A stretch of 64,000 nt of DNA from Vulcanimicrobiota bacterium (GTDB lineage Bacteria > Vulcanimicrobiota > Xenobia > Xenobiales > JADMJV01). Location: NCBI GenBank assembly GCA_050250895.1, contig JBFWNU010000004.1, positions 353,362 through 417,361 on the forward strand. The letters run 5' to 3'. The notes below the pieces were generated by a model. It was not told the origin of the DNA. It made no database searches and was given only the letters and a program-made list of their open reading frames with translations. Positions 27,974 to 37,208 of this stretch are shown here, piece by piece. The position numbers were made by a program, and so were the translations under genes. Every line of letters begins with the position of its first letter. The stretch's first letter is position 1.

Positions 27974-29066
27974 ATTCGGGCTGGCCACTTCGGCCTTTCA
28001 AGTCGAAGGCGGTTGGTCCGAGCGAGGTGCTTCCATTTGGGATGAGGCCTGTCCTCAGGCAGCCACAGCCTGCGGCAGCTGGCCCGACTTCGAGGGTGAA
28101 CTGGCCATGCTGGGCTGGCTGGGCGCCGAAGCCTTTCGCTTCTCTCTGGCCTGGCCTCGGCTTTGCCCGGACGGACGCCGATTTGAACTTGCTCGGCTGG
28201 CCCCTTACGAGCGCTTGGTGGAGCGATTACTGGAAGCCTCGATTCGGCCCGTTCCCACCCTCTATCATTGGGACCTGCCGCTGGCCCTCGAGGGCGGCTG
28301 GAAAAACCCCGACACGGCCCATCGCTTTGCAGACTACGTCGAGGCGGTGACAGGGCGGCTCTCGGACCGAATCGGACAATGGTTCACCCTCAACGAGCCG
28401 TGGTGCAGCTGTCATCTGGGCTATGAGACCGGCGAGCACGCCCCCTTCGAAACTTGCCCGCCCCGGGTGGTAGCCCAGGTTCGTGACCACCTGCTCGGGG
28501 CTCATCGCCTGGCGGTCCAGGCCATTCACGCCGCCGGAAGCCGCTGCGGCGCCGCCATGCTGCCGATTCCGTTGGTGGCCGCCGGACCCGAACACGAAGA
28601 GGCGGCCGAACTGGCCTGGCGCGAGGTCAACGATGTCTGGTTCGAGCCGCTCTATCCAGCCGACTTTCTGGGTCTCAACCTCTACTATCCCACTCTGGTC
28701 GAAGCCGTCGACGGCGGCTGGCGAGAGGTTCCCTGGTCGGGACCTCGCACCAGCCTGGGCTGGCCCGTGGACCCGGGCTTCTACGGCCCCACCATCGAGA
28801 AGGTCCTGGGCCGCTATGGTCCTCAAACTCTGGTGATCAGCGAAACCGGTTGGGCCACCTCTGATGACAGCCAAAGACAGCAGTGGCTCGAGGCCTCGCG
28901 GCTTGACCAGCTGCCGGTCGAAACGGTCTTCTTCTGGAGCCTGATGGACAATCTAGAGTGGCAGCACGGGTTCGAGCCTCAATTCGGGTTCTTCAGCCGC
29001 CAGGGCCAACCCAAACCCAGCGCCGCCTGGCTCAGGCGTAATTGGGGCCAAGCGAGGGGCGACTAG
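27918..29066 (+). CDS. Glycoside hydrolase family 1 (beta-glucosidase-like)
   Basis: 382 aa; N-terminal FGLATSAFQVEG, acid/base TLNEP, nucleophile ISETGW; start overlaps upstream gene by ~56 nt so true start may be the GTG at ~27942. Confidence 0.85.
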   Translation: MPFLPCERVPDLEPTRRPEFGLATSAFQVEGGWSERGASIWDEACPQAATACGSWPDFEGELAMLGWLGAEAFRFSLAWPRLCPDGRRFELARLAPYERLVERLLEASIRPVPTLYHWDLPLALEGGWKNPDTAHRFADYVEAVTGRLSDRIGQWFTLNEPWCSCHLGYETGEHAPFETCPPRVVAQVRDHLLGAHRLAVQAIHAAGSRCGAAMLPIPLVAAGPEHEEAAELAWREVNDVWFEPLYPADFLGLNLYYPTLVEAVDGGWREVPWSGPRTSLGWPVDPGFYGPTIEKVLGRYGPQTLVISETGWATSDDSQRQQWLEASRLDQLPVETVFFWSLMDNLEWQHGFEPQFGFFSRQGQPKPSAAWLRRNWGQARGD

Positions 29067-29424
29067 GCCCCGCAAAACTCGAAGCTCCGGTCGCCCGGGA
29101 TTCTTTGGCCGCGAAGCGCTCGAGGTATTGACGAAACAAGATCTGGCCGGTCGAATCGCAGGAAAAGGACACCAGGCATCGCCAGCAGCCGTTATCGAAC
29201 TTGACCTGATCGACCCGAGCACTGGCCCGCACGGTGCCGATGGTGACCAGTTGAAAATCGAAGGTCATCGTTTCGCCCGGTTCGACTCGCACGAAACTCT
29301 TGACCAGGACGCGCTGCAAGCCCACCTCGTGGCTCAACATACAGGTTGGGCGATCAGCGCCTACCCGCCAGGCGAAGATGAGCAGACTAAACTCTAGCTC
29401 GTGAAACTCCGGTAACAACGACAA
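29032..29424 (-). CDS. Hypothetical protein (weak call)
   Basis: 130-aa ORF; third-codon positions more G/C-rich than the overlapping plus-strand ORF 29128..29397; no recognisable motifs. Confidence 0.3.
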   Translation of the reverse strand: MSLLPEFHELEFSLLIFAWRVGADRPTCMLSHEVGLQRVLVKSFVRVEPGETMTFDFQLVTIGTVRASARVDQVKFDNGCWRCLVSFSCDSTGQILFRQYLERFAAKESRATGASSFAGPSRPSLGPNYA

Positions 29425-29552
29425 CCCTTCTTCCTCTCTGGAGCTTACAGCATAACTGGCAACACTGCAAGATGCCCGAACACGAATTTTAACATTTTTT
29501 TCGTCGCATCTTTGCCCGTTCTCTGCTTAAATAGGGGGTAGGAGTTTCTTGT

Positions 29553-30083
29553 ATGGCGACGATCAATCCCAATACCCCTCTCAATTCCGTCCTCCCCACC
29601 CGACCCGCCGCGACTGGCCTGCCCCTCTCTACTTCGCTCGGCAGTGGTCAGGTCCAGTTTCAGGCCCTGACCACCCTCGGTTTGGGTTGGCTCGACTTCG
29701 GAGGTGTTACGTCGGCGCAGCACCCTGGTTTCAATTTCGGAGCACCGGCTTTTCCGGCCGGCTTCGGCACGCCGGCCGCCATCCAGAGCCTGGTGGGCGC
29801 AGGCACCTTTCCCGAGTTGGATGTACGTCCTTTCCAGGCGCTCGACGCGGCCACCCTCAACCTGACCCCCCAGCTGCCCGCGGGCGTGGCGGGCGGCGTA
29901 ACCGCTCCCAAAATGCCCAGCCTACCAAAAGACTTCGAGAAACAGCTCAAGAAACAGATGGAGCAGTATGACAAGGCCATGAAGTCGGCCTTGAAAGGTG
30001 CCAGCAAGGGCGATAAGGCCGTCCTCTCGACCTATGAGGCCAGCAACAAACTCTGGCGCCAGTTGCTCGGATTGCCCGGCTAA
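29553..30083 (+). CDS. Hypothetical Ala/Gly/Pro-rich protein
   Basis: 176 aa; GGAG Shine-Dalgarno ~8 nt upstream of ATG 29553, preceded by the most AT-rich intergenic stretch of the window. Confidence 0.5.
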   Translation: MATINPNTPLNSVLPTRPAATGLPLSTSLGSGQVQFQALTTLGLGWLDFGGVTSAQHPGFNFGAPAFPAGFGTPAAIQSLVGAGTFPELDVRPFQALDAATLNLTPQLPAGVAGGVTAPKMPSLPKDFEKQLKKQMEQYDKAMKSALKGASKGDKAVLSTYEASNKLWRQLLGLPG

Positions 30084-30119
30084 CGCAGGGGAGAGCCCGC
30101 CGAGCGCAAAGGGATCCTC

Positions 30120-30494
30120 ATGCGAAAGATGATTCCGTTGCTATTGCTGATTCTGGCCCTGCCCAGCTGGGCCGAAGCCCCGACTGTAGGCGGTTGGTGG
30201 CGTCTTCATATGACCAACGGACATTGGAAGAAGGAAGTTCGCCTCAACCTCGAGCAAACCGGTGAGCGGCTAGAAGGCTATCTGTTCGACTCGAGCTTCT
30301 CGGGCGGAACCAAGGTCCAGGGCAAGGTCGACGGCGACCGCGTCATGGTTTGGTGCAAGGTCGAGGACCGCGCCGGGAACTCCGCCGAGTCGACCTTCCG
30401 AGCGGACCTCAAGGACGACCAGATGGTGGGCACCGCCGACTACTTTTCCAAGCGCTATGAGTTCACTGCCGAGCGCTTCGAACCCGAAAAGTAA
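30120..30494 (+). CDS. Hypothetical secreted protein
   Basis: 124 aa; signal peptide-like N-terminus MRKMIPLLLLILALPSWAEA; AAGGGA upstream of ATG. Confidence 0.5.
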   Translation: MRKMIPLLLLILALPSWAEAPTVGGWWRLHMTNGHWKKEVRLNLEQTGERLEGYLFDSSFSGGTKVQGKVDGDRVMVWCKVEDRAGNSAESTFRADLKDDQMVGTADYFSKRYEFTAERFEPEK

Positions 30495-30495
30495 T

Positions 30496-31221
30496 CTATA
30501 GCCTTCGATAGAGCGAGAGAAACCGTTCACTGGAAGCGGTCAACGGCGTCTTGTTCCAATCGCCGTACCGGGCCTCTAGAGCCAGCCCCGCCAGCCGGGC
30601 CATCAGGTCGAGTTCGCTGGGCCAGACGTAGCGCAATTCGGCCGGATAGCACTCGATGCCCCCCGTGCCCATCAAGAGATGGCGGGCCGAGACGCGCTGG
30701 CGAACCAGGTCGTGGATGGCGAAGTGGACATGAACACCGTCGTCGGTCATGGCGTAAGCGGCCACCCGCTGTCCTCGATCAAAGCGAGCCGGGTCCGGCC
30801 AGAAAGCCTCGACCAGAAATCGACCCCCGGGCTCGAGATGGGCAGCCACGCACTCCATGCAATGGATTTGATGCTCCTGGTCGAGCAGAGCCAGAAAGGT
30901 CGAGAAGGCGATGAAGACCAGCCCGTAGCGTCGCTGCAGCTCGAAGTCGCGAAAGTCGGCCCGGTGCACCGTCAGCTCGGTGCCGCCTGGCTTGGCCCGC
31001 AACATCTCGATCATCAGATCGGAGATATCGAGCCCTTCGATCTCGACCCCGGCCTCGGCCAGCGGCAGGGCCAGCCGGCCGGTCCCGATGCCCAGCTCGA
31101 GGACCCGCCGCGAACCTGCCAGTTCAAGCAAAAGCTCGACGGCCCCGGGCTCGGGGTCGGGGTAGAGCCGGTCGTAGATTGGCGCGATGGTATCCCCGTA
31201 GGTGCTGGGGTTATAGGGCAC
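30496..31221 (-). CDS. Class I SAM-dependent methyltransferase
   Basis: 241 aa; motif I VLELGIGTGR; apparent GTG start overlapping the stop of the upstream coiled-coil gene. Confidence 0.8.
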   Translation of the reverse strand: MPYNPSTYGDTIAPIYDRLYPDPEPGAVELLLELAGSRRVLELGIGTGRLALPLAEAGVEIEGLDISDLMIEMLRAKPGGTELTVHRADFRDFELQRRYGLVFIAFSTFLALLDQEHQIHCMECVAAHLEPGGRFLVEAFWPDPARFDRGQRVAAYAMTDDGVHVHFAIHDLVRQRVSARHLLMGTGGIECYPAELRYVWPSELDLMARLAGLALEARYGDWNKTPLTASSERFLSLYRRL

Positions 31222-32198
31222 TAGACGGAGTAGATGCCCATATCGAACAGGGCGTTGGTGAGATAGGCCGGCAGCACCTCGGAGAAGTTCTCGTTCTTAG
31301 GCTGGGCGTTAGCGGCGGCCATCATCTGGCGAGGGTCCATCAAGAAGTTGTCTTGCTGTTTCTGCGATTTGGCGGCCTCTCGTTCGGCGGCCATGGCCTG
31401 AGCCATGTCTCGGTCGTAATCGAGCAGGGCCTGTAAGTCTTCGGAGCCCTCTTCGGCCTGGGCGTGCCGCTGCTCCATCTCGCGCAGTTGCGAGAGTCCG
31501 CTATCGGCTTTGGCCAGGATCTCGCCGGTCGGCGGCAGGTCGATCTTCCAGCGCTCGTCATCTTGATCTTGCTGCAGCTTGAGAGCCTTTTTCTTGCTGT
31601 CGACGACCATCCGCTGGAGCTCGCCCTGCAAGATGGGGTCGTGCAGCGCGCCTTGATTCTGGGCCAAGAACTGCTTCACATTGGTGGTCTCGTTCTTGGT
31701 GAACGACTCGCGCTGGTCGGCGTGCTTGGTGGCCAACTCGTTGCGTTTGGCGGTCTCGAACCCTTCCCGGGCGAGACGTTGCTGCGGGTTCTCTGGCCCT
31801 TTCTCGACCTGGGGGCGGCCCTGCTGATCGAGAGCCACCTCGGGCTTGCCGTCGTTGCCGAATTTGGTGGCATAGTGGTTCTCTTCGAAGAACTCTTGCT
31901 TCATCTGGCCCAGCTCGTTCTGCAGGTTCTGCTGCAGGTTCTGTCGTTCGCCATAGTGCTGGGTCTGCATCTGTTGCAGGTTGTTGAAGGATTTCTCGGG
32001 GTAGTCTGGGACCTTGAAGTCGAACGTGATGGGGGACTTTAGTTCGGGCTCGTCGCGCTGCAGCAGGTCCAGATTGCCTTTCATTGCGTCGGTCTGACGC
32101 TGCATCTGCTGGATCTGGTTGCGCATCTGGTTGCCCTGCGTCAACCCTTGAATTGTGTTGATGAGCAAACCGACGCCCATTACCGCCCACATTGCCAT
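31221..32198 (-). CDS. Gln/Asn/Glu-rich coiled-coil protein with N-terminal membrane anchor
   Basis: Frame 31221..32261 trimmed to ATG ~32198 (MAMWAVMGVGLLINTIQG), which has AAAGGAG 9 nt upstream; remainder is strongly Q/E/K/N-rich helical heptad-like sequence. Confidence 0.55.
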   Translation of the reverse strand: MAMWAVMGVGLLINTIQGLTQGNQMRNQIQQMQRQTDAMKGNLDLLQRDEPELKSPITFDFKVPDYPEKSFNNLQQMQTQHYGERQNLQQNLQNELGQMKQEFFEENHYATKFGNDGKPEVALDQQGRPQVEKGPENPQQRLAREGFETAKRNELATKHADQRESFTKNETTNVKQFLAQNQGALHDPILQGELQRMVVDSKKKALKLQQDQDDERWKIDLPPTGEILAKADSGLSQLREMEQRHAQAEEGSEDLQALLDYDRDMAQAMAAEREAAKSQKQQDNFLMDPRQMMAAANAQPKNENFSEVLPAYLTNALFDMGIYSV

Positions 32199-32284
32199 GT
32201 TGGGACAACTCCTTTTGTCTTTTTTGGAGAGGGCATACTTCTCCAGGTCCCATGCTAACACAAACTATAGGGCGCAAGTCAAGG

Positions 32285-34444
32285 ATGCCGGGCACTTACG
32301 GCGAAACCAAACCCATGGGGCAATCACCAACGGTCCTGGTGGCCGGCGCTGACGAGTCGGTCCGCCAAGCGCTAGATGTCTGTTTTCCCGATCTCGCCAT
32401 GGACCGATTCGAGACCGGGCGTGCCGCCATGAATGCTCTGCTCAAGAGCCATTACGATCTGGTCGTGCTCGACCATCGACTCCAGAAGCCCGACGGGGTA
32501 AAGCTGCTAGAGTACCTGGCCAACCATCCCCGCCTGCGCGAAGCCCAGGTCATTTACTGCCTCGGCAAACATGTCGATGCCGCTCTACCCCGGCGTCTGG
32601 TCACCGAGCTCGGCGTCACGTCGCTCATCTATCATCCGGTCGAGCCCGAAGAGCTTTGTTTTCAGATGGCTCGGCTGCTGGGCTTGCCGTCGCCGGTAGC
32701 CCTACCCCGCCTGACCGTGGACACCCGGCGAACCACCAGTCGAGGCGACGGTGAAGGGGGGCTCTTGCTAGCGGTGGGCCTGGGTGAAGACATGGTGGCG
32801 GATCTCATCCCGCGGGCCACGGCCCGACGCTTGCGTACGGCCGTGTCCGAAGATTGGCAGAGCCTGACCGCGGCCGAGTGGATCGAAGACCCACCCCAAC
32901 TCTTGCTGGTCGACCTCAGCGGGCCCGAACGCAAAGAGAGGATGGCCCTTTTCGGGCGGATTCACGAACTCGAACTCAACACCCAGGTCATCGCCCTCGT
33001 CGGCGAAGAGCTGCAAGACAGGGTCGAAGCTTCCAACCGCGGGGCAGCCCGGGTGCTGACCAAGCCCTTCACCATCGAGGCCGTGATGGATGCCATCTAT
33101 GACGTGCTCGAGAGCAACAAAGAAGAGCAACTCAAGATTCTAGTGGTAGACGACGATCCCCTGACCCTGGCCAACTTGCAGTGGCTGCTCACCCAGACGG
33201 GCTACCGCGTGCAGACCCTGAGCCAGCCGTTGGCCTTTTGGGAATCCCTCGAGTCGTTCGTGCCCGACATGGTGATCCTCGATGTCATCATGCCAGCCGT
33301 GAGCGGTCTTGACCTTTGCCGAGCGGTGCGCACCGATTTGCGCTGGCGCGATCTACCGCTGCTGTTTTTGACCATTCAAAGTGACGCGGTGACCGCCCAC
33401 AACCTGTTTCAGGCCGGGGCCGACGACTTTCTCAACAAGCCCCTGCACAGCCTGGAAGTGCTGACCCGGGTGACCAACCGTCTGTCCCGCGCTCGCACCG
33501 CCCGCAGCGCCGATCGGGATGGCCTGACCGGAGTGCTGACCCGACGACGGGCCGCTCCCACCCTGCGCCGCCTGCTGCGCATGGCCGACCGCCGCGACAT
33601 CCCCTTCTCGTTGTGCGTGCTGGATCTCGACAACTTCAAGCAGGTCAACGACACCCACGGCCACCCGGCCGGCGATCAGGTGCTGGCCGCTCTGGGCAAA
33701 CTGCTCCACCGGGCTTTCCGCAACGAGGACGTGGTGGCCCGTTGGGGTGGCGAAGAGTTCGTGGTCGGTCTCTATGGCATGCCCTCTAGCACCGCCTCAC
33801 GCCGACTGCGCGGGTGCCTCGAGAAGCTGCGCAAACGGATCTTTCGCGGGCCGTCAGGTCCGTTCGGGGCCACCTTCAGCGCCGGGGTGGCCGAGTACCC
33901 TCGCGACGGTGAAGACATTCAGACCCTTTACGCCCAGGCCGATGCCGCCCTTTATGAGGCCAAGCAGAAAGGCCGCGACCAGGTGGTCGAGGTCTCTGAG
34001 CAGCGCCAACCAACGGTCAGTCGGGTGGTGCGCAAGGTCGACATCGCACTGGTGGCTCCGGTGGCGGAATGGAGCCATCTGCTGGCCGACGGCCTCAACG
34101 AGACCGGCTACAGCTCGGTGTGGTTCGAATCCACCGAAGAGGCCACCGCTCAGCTGACGGTGACTCCGGCCGAACTCCAGGCGAAACTGATCGTCTTGGA
34201 CCTTGACTCCACCGGCAGCCTGCTCGAAGACCTGCGCCTGGACCGCCGACGCGACTTCACCCAGGTCCTGGCGGTGACGGGTCAGACCAACGCCGAGGTT
34301 CGCCTCTGGGCTCTCGACCAGGGAGCCTATGATTGTCTCGAAGCCGGCTGCGGACTGCCGTTGATGTTGCGCAAGCTGGATCGAGCAATGCAGTTTGGCT
34401 ACATGTCCGAGCATATGCCTCGGCCGACCGCGGCACGCTCGTAA
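32285..34444 (+). CDS. Multi-receiver response regulator with GGDEF diguanylate cyclase domain
   Basis: Degenerate REC-like segments, then a canonical REC (KILVVDDDPL ... MVILDVIMP ... FLNKP), GGDEF domain with RNED I-site-like motif immediately before GGEEF, and a C-terminal receiver-like segment; start among in-frame ATGs at ~32252/32285/32315 is uncertain. Confidence 0.8.
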   Translation: MPGTYGETKPMGQSPTVLVAGADESVRQALDVCFPDLAMDRFETGRAAMNALLKSHYDLVVLDHRLQKPDGVKLLEYLANHPRLREAQVIYCLGKHVDAALPRRLVTELGVTSLIYHPVEPEELCFQMARLLGLPSPVALPRLTVDTRRTTSRGDGEGGLLLAVGLGEDMVADLIPRATARRLRTAVSEDWQSLTAAEWIEDPPQLLLVDLSGPERKERMALFGRIHELELNTQVIALVGEELQDRVEASNRGAARVLTKPFTIEAVMDAIYDVLESNKEEQLKILVVDDDPLTLANLQWLLTQTGYRVQTLSQPLAFWESLESFVPDMVILDVIMPAVSGLDLCRAVRTDLRWRDLPLLFLTIQSDAVTAHNLFQAGADDFLNKPLHSLEVLTRVTNRLSRARTARSADRDGLTGVLTRRRAAPTLRRLLRMADRRDIPFSLCVLDLDNFKQVNDTHGHPAGDQVLAALGKLLHRAFRNEDVVARWGGEEFVVGLYGMPSSTASRRLRGCLEKLRKRIFRGPSGPFGATFSAGVAEYPRDGEDIQTLYAQADAALYEAKQKGRDQVVEVSEQRQPTVSRVVRKVDIALVAPVAEWSHLLADGLNETGYSSVWFESTEEATAQLTVTPAELQAKLIVLDLDSTGSLLEDLRLDRRRDFTQVLAVTGQTNAEVRLWALDQGAYDCLEAGCGLPLMLRKLDRAMQFGYMSEHMPRPTAARS

Positions 34445-34455
34445 AGGCTGACCCA

Positions 34456-34480
34456 GGGTGGGGCGGGGCCGGCCCTTTTC
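34456..34480 (+). terminator. Possible weak intrinsic terminator after the GGDEF regulator gene
   Basis: GC-rich stretch GGGTGGGGCGGGGCCGGCCC able to form a short stem (GGGGC/GCCCC-type pairing) followed by TTTT, 12 nt after the TAA stop. Confidence 0.25.
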
Positions 34481-34506
34481 ATACAAGTTCACACCGTTGA
34501 AACAAC

Positions 34507-35607
34507 ATGCTCGCTGGCGAAAAGCATGCATGGGGAATGAACCTGAACCCATCCGCCCACACCGTATCCCCCCACCGCGCCGCGGGTTGTTTCAACTGGC
34601 CCGGCACCAAGCCGCCGGAAGAGCCCCCCAAGCCCCCGGCCCCGCCGAACCCGCTCGATCCCCCGGTCAATCGCGACCGCCTGGTGGACACCTTCATTCG
34701 CTTCACCCAGGTAGAAGGTCCCACCCGCAACGAGCGCAAGATCGCTGACGCCATCAAGGCCGAATTGGCCGATCTCGGCCTGTCCGCCACCGAAGACGAC
34801 GCCGGTCCTAAGATTGGTGGCAACACGGGCAACCTGATCGTCAACATCAAGGGCAACGTCGAGGGTGCGCCTTCGCTGCTGTTTGCTGCCCACATGGACA
34901 CCGTGCCTCTAGCCGTCGGCGTCAAACCGCAAATCGGCGAAGACGGCATCATTCGCAGCGACGGCACCACTGCCCTTGGCGGCGACAACCGCGCCGGTGT
35001 CTCGGAAATCCTCGAAGCTTATCGCGAGATCAAAGAGAACAACCTGCCCCACGGCGACCTGCAGTTTCTCTTCACAGTCGGCGAAGAAGGCGGCCTCCTG
35101 GGCGCCCGGGCGCTTGACCCCAGCGTGCTGAAGTCTGACTTCGGCTTCGCCGTGGACGTGTTCAAAGCCAACCAGCTTTACACCCAGGGACGCCATCTCT
35201 TGATCGATGGACAGGAACCCGATTTCTCGCCCGAAGGAGTCCACGCGGCCAAAGACGCAGCCGCCAACTCGCCCATCATTCCGCCCGAGCACCTCGACCT
35301 GCGCCCTGAGGAAGTCGACATCATGAACTTTGCTGGTGGGGCCATGAAAGACATCGGTCTCGAACCCGAGTTCCACCGCATCGAGTGGGCCGGAACCGAC
35401 GCCATCGCCCTGCGCCGCCACGGCATGAACGCCATCAGCCTCGGCGCCGGCGAGAACCGGCCTCACACCACCCGCGAGTTCGTCGAGATCAATGACCTGG
35501 TGGCCAGCACCACCCTGATTCGCTCGATGATCGCCAAAGCGGCTGCCCAGGGCATGGCCGCCGCCGCCGTGGGCGGCCCGGCCGGAGCCGCGCTGGCCAC
35601 CGCCTAG
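34507..35607 (+). CDS. M20/M42-family metallopeptidase (aminopeptidase-like)
   Basis: Metal-ligand pattern AAHMDTV ... GGDNRAG ... GEEGG; start uncertain (alternative ATG ~34537). Confidence 0.6.
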   Translation: MLAGEKHAWGMNLNPSAHTVSPHRAAGCFNWPGTKPPEEPPKPPAPPNPLDPPVNRDRLVDTFIRFTQVEGPTRNERKIADAIKAELADLGLSATEDDAGPKIGGNTGNLIVNIKGNVEGAPSLLFAAHMDTVPLAVGVKPQIGEDGIIRSDGTTALGGDNRAGVSEILEAYREIKENNLPHGDLQFLFTVGEEGGLLGARALDPSVLKSDFGFAVDVFKANQLYTQGRHLLIDGQEPDFSPEGVHAAKDAAANSPIIPPEHLDLRPEEVDIMNFAGGAMKDIGLEPEFHRIEWAGTDAIALRRHGMNAISLGAGENRPHTTREFVEINDLVASTTLIRSMIAKAAAQGMAAAAVGGPAGAALATA

Positions 35608-36405
35608 ATGCGACTGGCGCTAGTTACCTGCGCCGAGTTCGGTCTCATCGACGACGACCAGTTTCTGGTCAAAGCCCTCGAAGCTCGAGGGCTTTTTGCA
35701 TCGCCGGTGGTCTGGACCGGCCCCATCGACTGGTCCGGTTATGCGGCCGCCCTGGTGCGAACGCCCTGGGACTACCAGGGCCGTTTGCAAGAATTCCTGG
35801 CCTTCAGTCGCTCGGTCCCGGTGCCCCTGTGGCACTCGCCCGAACTCATCGCCTGGAACGCCAGCAAGACCTACTTGCTCGAACTTATCCCGCAAGTACC
35901 GGTGGTGCCCACCTTGCTCGACCCCGACTGGGATGAGGTGCCGTGGGACGAGGTGGTGGTCAAGCCCGTGGTGGGAGCCAGTGCCCGCGGGCTCGTTCGT
36001 CTGCGCCGCGGCCAGCCCTTGCCGACCGGCCTGGTTCAGCCATATCTGCCCAGCGTCGCCTGTGACGGCGAATTTTCGCTGATCTTTCTCGATGGTCGCT
36101 TCACTCACGCCATTCGCAAGCAGCCAGCGGCCGGCGACTTTCGCGTGCAAGAGCATCTGGGCGGTCGCTCCTTGCCCGCCCTCGCTTCGCCCACCCTGAT
36201 AGCTCAAGCCGAAGCGGTGCTGGCCTGCATCGAGCCGACGCTCTACGCCCGGGTCGACTTTTTGCCAGGACCCCAGGGTTGGCTGCTCAGCGAACTCGAA
36301 CTCATCGAGCCAGAACTCTTCTTTCGCTGTTGTCCCCAGGCGGCCGAGGTGCTGGCCGACGGGATCGCCGCTCGCCTGGCCGGGGGCTGCGCCCTTACGG
36401 CCTAG
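35608..36405 (+). CDS. ATP-grasp-like protein (RimK/glutathione synthetase-like fold), tentative
   Basis: 265 aa; ATG directly after upstream stop; central VVKPVVGASARG and C-terminal segments compatible with the ATP-grasp fold. Confidence 0.5.
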   Translation: MRLALVTCAEFGLIDDDQFLVKALEARGLFASPVVWTGPIDWSGYAAALVRTPWDYQGRLQEFLAFSRSVPVPLWHSPELIAWNASKTYLLELIPQVPVVPTLLDPDWDEVPWDEVVVKPVVGASARGLVRLRRGQPLPTGLVQPYLPSVACDGEFSLIFLDGRFTHAIRKQPAAGDFRVQEHLGGRSLPALASPTLIAQAEAVLACIEPTLYARVDFLPGPQGWLLSELELIEPELFFRCCPQAAEVLADGIAARLAGGCALTA

Positions 36406-37172
36406 CCGTGATCCACCGGTCGCCAGCCCAACAAAAAGCCACGCTGAGCCAGTTGCTGCAGATCGACGAGTTCTTCGAGCTGCTGGCGGGGCATGTGGGC
36501 GACCACGCCATAGACGTAGTGGTCTTTACGGGTCAGCAAGGTGGTGTAACCCTGGTACTGCTGGGGCTCTAGTTCGCCCTGGTAAGAAGCGAGAAAGTCG
36601 CTGGCCGGCAAGACATAGACCGACACCCGCTGGTCCCCCTTGAGATACATCAAGTGCCCAGCCCGGACCTCGCCGGCCGGGCATTCGCGCTGGTCGTAAG
36701 CGACCAGCTCAGACGAAACCGTGGGCGAGGGGGGCTTGTCGCCACCGAGCTTATCGAGCCATCGCTGGTATTGAGACTTGCGACCCGGGCTGGGGGCGAT
36801 ATCGAAACAGGTCTCATGATGATCGACCAGGGCGATGATGGCCTCGTCGGCCCGAGGGCGATAAAGATAGCCAAGACAGACCAGACAGATGACGGCGGCC
36901 GCGGCCAGCACCTTGAAGACCAGCGGGCGCAGGGGTCGGACCTTCCTCTGACGCTCTTGAGCGATGGCCTCGAGTAGACGCGCTTGAACCTCGGCCGGAT
37001 ATTCGAACTCTGGCTGGCTCCGCACCAGGGCGCCGCGTAACCCCACCAGGAATTGCTTCTTCAAGCGACAATCCTCGCAACTGGCCAGATGCTCTTCCAC
37101 CGTCACCGGGTCGGACAGGTGGCCGTTGAGATACTCGGTCAGTTGGTCTTGTACGTCTTGGCAGGCTTGCAT
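36402..37172 (-). CDS. Anti-sigma factor with zf-HC2-type zinc finger and transmembrane segment
   Basis: Frame 36402..37262 trimmed to internal ATG ~37172 (MQACQDVQDQ); HxxxCxxC motif EEHLASCEDC; central TM VLAAAAVICLVCLGYL; divergent from ECF sigma gene. Confidence 0.7.
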   Translation of the reverse strand: MQACQDVQDQLTEYLNGHLSDPVTVEEHLASCEDCRLKKQFLVGLRGALVRSQPEFEYPAEVQARLLEAIAQERQRKVRPLRPLVFKVLAAAAVICLVCLGYLYRPRADEAIIALVDHHETCFDIAPSPGRKSQYQRWLDKLGGDKPPSPTVSSELVAYDQRECPAGEVRAGHLMYLKGDQRVSVYVLPASDFLASYQGELEPQQYQGYTTLLTRKDHYVYGVVAHMPRQQLEELVDLQQLAQRGFLLGWRPVDHG

Positions 37173-37208
37173 GTCTTTCTCCAGCCCCCACAATGGGGCC
37201 GGCTCCAG

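Noticed and set aside
29128-29397. 89-aa plus-strand ORF
   Set aside because: Third-codon positions are AT-rich relative to the genome trend; the overlapping minus-strand frame is the better (still weak) candidate.
29430-29450. Possible sigma-54 -24/-12 element (TGGCAACACTGCAAG)
   Set aside because: GG and GC dinucleotides are not at the required GG-N10-GC spacing and the -12 TTGC-like core is absent.
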